From the NCBI GenBank assembly GCA_030647555.1, contig JAUSJG010000007.1, forward strand, positions 106,181-170,180: a stretch of 64,000 bases of DNA, written 5' to 3'. Numbering within the stretch: position 1 is the stretch's first letter; each line of letters opens with the position of its first letter. Below the pieces are notes generated by a model. The model was not told the DNA's origin. It ran no database searches and saw only the letters and a list, made by a program, of their open reading frames with translations. The DNA is from a bacterium. Lineage in GTDB: Bacteria > Patescibacteriota > Andersenbacteria > UBA10190 > CAIZMI01. A program made the position numbers and the translations under genes. Positions 59,073 to 64,000 of this stretch are shown here, piece after piece.

Positions 59073-59432
59073 ATGCTTTACGCCATCGTCTGCACGCAAG
59101 GCCACATGAATTCAAGAGAAGTCGAAAATGAGTGCGTCGCTCAAAAATGGGTTCCACTTGTCGTGTTTCGCAAAGAAGGCAAAACATTTATGCCCTTTTT
59201 TAAGGTTACAAAGTTTGCCCGCCGTTTCGCCAAAAGAAATTTACCTAAAGAGTGGCTCACTGGGGCCGTCAACCTTGGCGATGAAGACAGAGCAATCATT
59301 ACCGGCAAGGGCATCATCTGCACTGTCCTCGATTTTCCCGATAAACTGAAAGACGTTGCGGAATTTGACATTGAGATTCACGAATACCATCCCAACACCG
59401 AGGTAGAAATGGCGATAATGAAGCCTCCTTGA
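59073..59432 (+). CDS. Hypothetical protein (119 aa)
   Basis: ORF only. Confidence 0.35.
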   Translation: MLYAIVCTQGHMNSREVENECVAQKWVPLVVFRKEGKTFMPFFKVTKFARRFAKRNLPKEWLTGAVNLGDEDRAIITGKGIICTVLDFPDKLKDVAEFDIEIHEYHPNTEVEMAIMKPP

Positions 59433-59562
59433 TTCATTCGTCCGAAATCAAGATCCCACCGCCAAATCAACAGGCGGTTTTTTTATCCAACAAGACCCTC
59501 TGTTAAGGACAAGGAACATTATCACATTTTGTCATTTTTAATACGGCGTATATACTGCAGGT

Positions 59563-60831
59563 ATGCATAAAAATATCTTTCGATCAAAAGTAAGTTTATT
59601 TGTCTTATTAGTCGTCGGTGCGATATTGGTATCGCAAGTATCAAAGAGCGTTAACGCACAAGGATCAGCATCCTCCAAAATTCCGGGACAATACATCGTT
59701 GTTTTAAGAGATAACACTCAAAATCCGCAAGACGTTGCGAATGAAATGGCTAAATCAAATAGCCTCACTGTTGGTAATGTTTACACTAGAGCGTTGAAAG
59801 GTTTTTCGGCCACTATACCGGCCGTACGGCTGGAAAACATTAAAAATGATTCTCGAGTGCAGTTTGTTTCAGAAGACCGAGAAGTTTCCGCTTTTGCTAA
59901 ACCAACACCGGTCGCAATCCCCCAAACTACGCCCACGGGTATCAGTCGTATCCAGGCGCCACTGACTGCCAACAAAGGTGCCGGTATCGGCATCGCCGTT
60001 TTGGATACAGGTATTGATCTAACGCATCCCGATCTTAAAGCAAATATTGTTGCCAATACAAGTTGCGTTCGAAGCAAACAAACTGGCAATGACGATAACG
60101 GACACGGGTCGCATGTGGCGGGCACTATCGCCGCGCTCGATAACGGAATCGGTGCAATTGGAGTAGCCCCGCAAGCGAAACTGGCGGCAGTTAAAGTGCT
60201 TAACTCGTCCGGTTCAGGAACTTGGTCTTCCGTTATTTGTGGAATCGATTGGGTTACAGCGAATGCCACGCAATACAATATAAAAGTAGCCAACATGAGT
60301 TTGGGGGGCGCTGGTACAAGCGATAATAATTGCGGAAATTCCAATAACGATGCTTTACATAAAGCGATCTGTAACTCTACTGCTGTGGGTGTAACATATG
60401 TTGTGGCCGCGGGTAATGATGGTGCGAATGCCAGTAATTCTGTACCAGCCTCTTATGATGATAGTGTTATCACTGTTTCCGCTTTAGCCGACTCTGATGG
60501 AAAATCAGGCGGACTTGGTTCAGCAACAAGCTATGGTGCCGATGATACATTTGCCAGCTTTAGTAATTTTGGCGACGTGGTTGATCTTGGCGCTCCCGGT
60601 GTCAATATCTTTTCCACTTGGAAAAGTGGCGGTTACAACACTATTAACGGCACAAGTATGGCTACACCGCATGTAGCGGGCGCGGCTGCGTTATACATAA
60701 ATTCTCATCCTGGATCAGTATGGTCGCAAGTACGCGATGGTTTGAAGGCGGTTGGCGAAAGCGTTGGCGCCGGGCACACCGATCCATCGGGATTACATCT
60801 TGAACAAGTAGTACAAGTAAACGCCCTCTAA
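59563..60831 (+). CDS. Secreted subtilisin-like serine protease (S8) with N-terminal I9 propeptide
   Basis: Signal peptide; catalytic triad contexts AVLDTGID, HGSHVAGTIAA, GTSMATPHVAGAAAL. Confidence 0.9.
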   Translation: MHKNIFRSKVSLFVLLVVGAILVSQVSKSVNAQGSASSKIPGQYIVVLRDNTQNPQDVANEMAKSNSLTVGNVYTRALKGFSATIPAVRLENIKNDSRVQFVSEDREVSAFAKPTPVAIPQTTPTGISRIQAPLTANKGAGIGIAVLDTGIDLTHPDLKANIVANTSCVRSKQTGNDDNGHGSHVAGTIAALDNGIGAIGVAPQAKLAAVKVLNSSGSGTWSSVICGIDWVTANATQYNIKVANMSLGGAGTSDNNCGNSNNDALHKAICNSTAVGVTYVVAAGNDGANASNSVPASYDDSVITVSALADSDGKSGGLGSATSYGADDTFASFSNFGDVVDLGAPGVNIFSTWKSGGYNTINGTSMATPHVAGAAALYINSHPGSVWSQVRDGLKAVGESVGAGHTDPSGLHLEQVVQVNAL

Positions 60832-60847
60832 TACAGGATTCTAGATA

Positions 60848-60907
60848 GGAAACGGACGTGTTTTGGGGGATAATTAACGCGAAAAAGACGGGTGAGCTGG
60901 TTTTGGG
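60848..60907 (+). repeat. Direct repeat DR1 (~80% identical to 63914-63975)
   Basis: GGAAACGGACGTGTTTTGGGGGATAATTAACGCGAAAAAGACGGGTGAGCTGGTTTTGGG. Confidence 0.6.
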
Positions 60908-60925
60908 ATAAAGATTTGTAACAAA

Positions 60926-60957
60926 GAAAAAACCCACGACCGTTTGTGGCGTGGGTT
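60926..60957 (-). terminator. Rho-independent terminator for gene 60981-61745
   Basis: AAAAAA + AACCCACG-loop-CGTGGGTT on plus strand. Confidence 0.65.
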
Positions 60958-60980
60958 CGGTAGCGTGATGATGGTTGCGA

Positions 60981-61745
60981 TCAGTCCCAACAACGAGTGG
61001 CAATCCTTGCCATCTCATTCTTGTCGACGTCGAGACGCTTGATCAAACAAAATAGCGCGTGTAAATGCAGTTGCCACTTTCTTGTTTTGGTCTCTGCGGG
61101 GTTGCTGTGACTGCCCCACACTTCGTCCAGTTGCGGCGGATAATGAAAACCAGAAAACTTTTGCACCTCCGCGATAGACCGACCGCCCAACTCTTGCTCA
61201 ATCTGACGCACGCGCTGATCCAGAACTGCCCGATAAAGCGAGCCACCAATCTCCGTCATGATCTCGAACTCAAAGTCGTGTGCCTCGAATTCGTGCAAAT
61301 CATAATCGGCGAAGGGTGCGTTTTGTTCCGCATGCTTGAGAGCGTGAAACCCTTCGTGTGCAGTAATCATGCCACTTAGAAAAGTGGAACAATTGTGCAA
61401 ATCCCGCATGACAAGAAAACGGTTCGGATGAAAGTAAGACGCCAGTCCCTTGTCGTCTCTTAGTCCCAACGAACTAATGCAATTATCGGGAAGAACACTT
61501 AAATCGTCTGGATCAAACACGTAAACCCAAACGATCTTATTCGTAGTGTGATCACCACGAAATTTTTTTCGAAACGGTTGTTCGCCAGAGAATTTTCCGT
61601 CTAGCTTCGGAACAATGAGACGACAGTGTGCCTGCAGAAAATCGACCACCGCCCTCAACTGCCGATTATCGATTCGCGCATCGAGCGCCTCTACACTCTG
61701 CAGGTGCTTCTGGGCGATTTCAAAGCGCTTTTGATTGGTAAACAC
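60981..61745 (-). CDS. Hypothetical HExxH zinc-metallopeptidase-like protein
   Basis: HEGFHALKH motif; no further family recognised. Confidence 0.5.
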   Translation of the reverse strand: MFTNQKRFEIAQKHLQSVEALDARIDNRQLRAVVDFLQAHCRLIVPKLDGKFSGEQPFRKKFRGDHTTNKIVWVYVFDPDDLSVLPDNCISSLGLRDDKGLASYFHPNRFLVMRDLHNCSTFLSGMITAHEGFHALKHAEQNAPFADYDLHEFEAHDFEFEIMTEIGGSLYRAVLDQRVRQIEQELGGRSIAEVQKFSGFHYPPQLDEVWGSHSNPAETKTRKWQLHLHALFCLIKRLDVDKNEMARIATRCWD

Positions 61746-61943
61746 GGCAACCCCTTTCTAAAAAGGACTATCTGTGATTGTACATTCAAAAAACACGAAC
61801 CAAGGATACTACCATATATTTTAGTTGTTGTCAAACACCATAAATTGACAACTTCTACTTTCGATGTTAAATATTTTAAACTGGATGGATAATCTAACGT
61901 CGTTTGCAATCAAGCCTGTTTTTTCAAAATCAACGCAAGGAGA

Positions 61944-62795
61944 ATGAATATGGATTTCAGACGCAGAGAACAAAAAGCTTTGTTAAGAAAATTAATCGAA
62001 CAAGGCGTGTCGATTGAAAGCATCGAAATTCCCGGCAGGCCACCAAGAGCCATCAGAAAACAAGCACTAAGAATGAAGCTAATTCTGCCACAACGGAATC
62101 CTCCATTAACAGAGGCACAAAAAGAACAGCTAACTCAACTTCGCGCGGAAGGAGTTCACCCTGAAGCAATTGCGAGCTGTGAGTTGCTGGGCCATTCAAA
62201 CCGCTCAACAAATTCCATACGAAAACACTGTGGTAAATTGGGCCTAGCGCACAAGAATCGTTCGCGCGCCGCAAAAAAAAGAAAGATCTGGCAACCCGGT
62301 GAAAAAAAATGCTTTGACAACTACCTTATTCGACATTCCGCGACCCTTTCTTCCGACGAACTTGCGAAGGAATTCGACGTAACAAGAATGACCGTCGATA
62401 ACCGACAGAAACAACTTGGCGTGAAACCGACACTTACAGAAACCTTGGCATTGCCAGCCATAAAAAAGAAAATTGAAGCAATTTGTCGGCAACGAAGTAA
62501 AATGATGCTCAAGGCGTTTGAGACACACATAGTAAAAAAAGAAAAGGAACTCACAAGATTGGCGCAAAAAATGCACGAAGAAAAACGAGAGGAGTCACTA
62601 ATAGTGAAGTTTTGTCCAAAATGTAAAAGGTGGTGGCCAAAACAGCAAAAGTTTTTCTTTCATTCCACCTATAAAGTAGCGCAGAGCAACGGAACAGGCA
62701 CCAGTTGGCATTTCGTCGCGCCATGCAAACTTTGCGTGGCAAAAGAACGCCACCAAAAAAACGTGAGGAAGCACAAAGAAAAATACGGCGTCTAG
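61944..62795 (+). CDS. Hypothetical basic protein with C-terminal Cys4 cluster
   Basis: CPKCKRWW...CKLC; Lys/Arg-rich. Confidence 0.4.
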   Translation: MNMDFRRREQKALLRKLIEQGVSIESIEIPGRPPRAIRKQALRMKLILPQRNPPLTEAQKEQLTQLRAEGVHPEAIASCELLGHSNRSTNSIRKHCGKLGLAHKNRSRAAKKRKIWQPGEKKCFDNYLIRHSATLSSDELAKEFDVTRMTVDNRQKQLGVKPTLTETLALPAIKKKIEAICRQRSKMMLKAFETHIVKKEKELTRLAQKMHEEKREESLIVKFCPKCKRWWPKQQKFFFHSTYKVAQSNGTGTSWHFVAPCKLCVAKERHQKNVRKHKEKYGV

Positions 62796-62880
62796 CGTTT
62801 TTCAAGAAACAGGAGGCAAGCGGTTCACCACGACCGCTTTTTTTATAAACCATTACCGTTATTTTAAGTGACTGATATTT

Positions 62881-63258
62881 TCAGACGACTACTTCTCGTC
62901 CATCTTTCTTAACTGCGTTTGCAACTGTACCAAAACGATCTTCCAAATCTTCAAGACGCATTGGAAATGGACTAATCGCAGGATTAATCGGCAAGGCGGC
63001 CATTCGCAAAGTAACCATTTCATCGATTCGGTCTTTGCCAAATTGTTTACTTACCACCGCCACATCGATATCGCTCCACTGATTTTGTTTTCCCCTTGCC
63101 CAAGAACCGTACAAAAACATTTTTTGTACTGGAATATTTTGTTGACGCAAAGACCGCGCATATTGCTCAAGTTGTTTTTTTATAATTTCGTCTATCATAA
63201 TATTTGTCACATCTTTTCTCGTAAACAACTTACTTTGTGGCCGAAAACTTTCGTTCAT
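62881..63258 (-). CDS. Minimal nucleotidyltransferase (MNT, Pol-beta superfamily)
   Basis: GSWARGKQNQWSDIDVAVV = GS-x9-DxD motif. Confidence 0.75.
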   Translation of the reverse strand: MNESFRPQSKLFTRKDVTNIMIDEIIKKQLEQYARSLRQQNIPVQKMFLYGSWARGKQNQWSDIDVAVVSKQFGKDRIDEMVTLRMAALPINPAISPFPMRLEDLEDRFGTVANAVKKDGREVVV

Positions 63259-63835
63259 ACTCCTTCAATATTTCCCGCTGATCACGATTTGATTCCTCGA
63301 CCGCCTGTCTTATTTTTTCACGCGAAACAATATTATTAAAATCGGTACCCCGATAGTACGCCAATTCATACGGTATTTCTTTTCTTAATTCCGTACCGAT
63401 ATATGGCGCTTCGGCGTGAGACAATTCTTCCAGCTGTTTACCGTTGAGATGACCGTATTTGATAACAATCCGATCAAGCATTTTCTTTTCTTCATCGTCA
63501 AAAACGGAGGAATCCGGTTCGACGAGACATTTATATACTTCGGTTGGATTGTATCCTTCTCGTTCTTCGATTTTTTCGACACCGAGCATTTTTTTCTTTA
63601 TCATTTCGTTGGTTATTTCTTCCAATGCCGAAGGCATCGGCCCCATGGGGAGAGCATGATAAACATCGCCCGTGATTGATTTCTGGGTTTTTTCATACAA
63701 ATCAAAATCCGCAAAATAAAACAATTTTGCTAATTTTTTCTTACCTCGTACCTCGCCTTTTAGCTTTCGGCATAAGTACAAAACGGCATTCTGATATTTT
63801 TTGCGGTGTATAGTCATTTCATTCACATAATACAA
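63230..63835 (-). CDS. Panacea-domain (DUF4065, SocA-like antitoxin) protein
   Basis: KKKLAKLFYFADFDLY matches Panacea core (KLQKLLYFAD); overlaps downstream MNT gene by 29 nt. Confidence 0.6.
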   Translation of the reverse strand: MYYVNEMTIHRKKYQNAVLYLCRKLKGEVRGKKKLAKLFYFADFDLYEKTQKSITGDVYHALPMGPMPSALEEITNEMIKKKMLGVEKIEEREGYNPTEVYKCLVEPDSSVFDDEEKKMLDRIVIKYGHLNGKQLEELSHAEAPYIGTELRKEIPYELAYYRGTDFNNIVSREKIRQAVEESNRDQREILKEYERKFSATK

Positions 63836-63913
63836 TAAATAACTATGGAAAACAAGCTAAAATGTTACATGTTCAACGGAAAAAACGTCTATATCATGGA
63901 ATCGGATTGTTAA

Positions 63914-63975
63914 GGAAACGGGGGCGTGTTTTGGAAGATATTTAATGGGAAAAAGACGGGTGGGCTGGTTTTTGG
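63914..63975 (+). repeat. Direct repeat DR2
   Basis: GGAAACGGGGGCGTGTTTTGGAAGATATTTAATGGGAAAAAGACGGGTGGGCTGGTTTTTGG. Confidence 0.6.
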
Positions 63976-64000
63976 CTAACTGATTTGGAACCAGGGATTT

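Noticed and set aside
1-64000. CRISPR array
   Set aside because: No series of regularly spaced identical direct repeats with unique spacers. The only tandem repeats are a 2 x 17-nt unit (54114-54147) and a 3 x 7-nt unit (19945-19969).

Overview
The window is a 64 kb stretch of a low-GC (roughly mid-40s %) bacterial chromosome, densely packed with housekeeping genes. I read these as present: the mfd 3' end, dprA, topA, parAB, ugd, leuS, rarA, tatD, metG, glyQS, tgt, recO, ileS, argS, smpB, an ABC exporter, an S8 subtilisin and one tRNA-Leu(CAA).

Three things stand out.

1. The intergenic space carries at least six dispersed repeat families: REP-like palindromes around an IS200/RAYT-type Y1 transposase gene (a REPtron-like unit), MITE-like elements with terminal inverted repeats (one with a 9-bp target-site duplication), a conserved ~95-nt element that sits directly after stop codons, ATG/TCA-rich palindromic gene-boundary linkers, GTAGGGGCAATTC-bounded elements, and composite hairpin modules. 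Several of these show compensatory (covarying) base changes, which points to structured RNA.

2. A conserved, covarying ~130-nt leader sits immediately 5' of the start codons of ugd, glyQS and argS.

3. The native housekeeping genes lack Shine-Dalgarno (SD) motifs, whereas a set of GC-richer hypothetical genes all carry strong AAGGAG/GGAGG-type SD sequences and TTGACA -35 boxes, so they look horizontally acquired. The most striking of these are:
   - a 4-gene island at 37.6-41.1 kb, bounded by a terminator on one side and a REP palindrome on the other;
   - a divergent pair at 53.0-56.3 kb, one member of which is a fusion I have not seen before: an unknown N-domain, a phosphoribosyltransferase (PRTase) domain, a charged helix and a LOG/SLOG domain (the Lonely-Guy nucleotide-hydrolase fold);
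   - a Panacea-domain gene paired with a minimal nucleotidyltransferase, inside a ~3 kb segment bracketed by ~60-bp direct repeats.

All functional calls rest on motifs read by eye. No database search was run.
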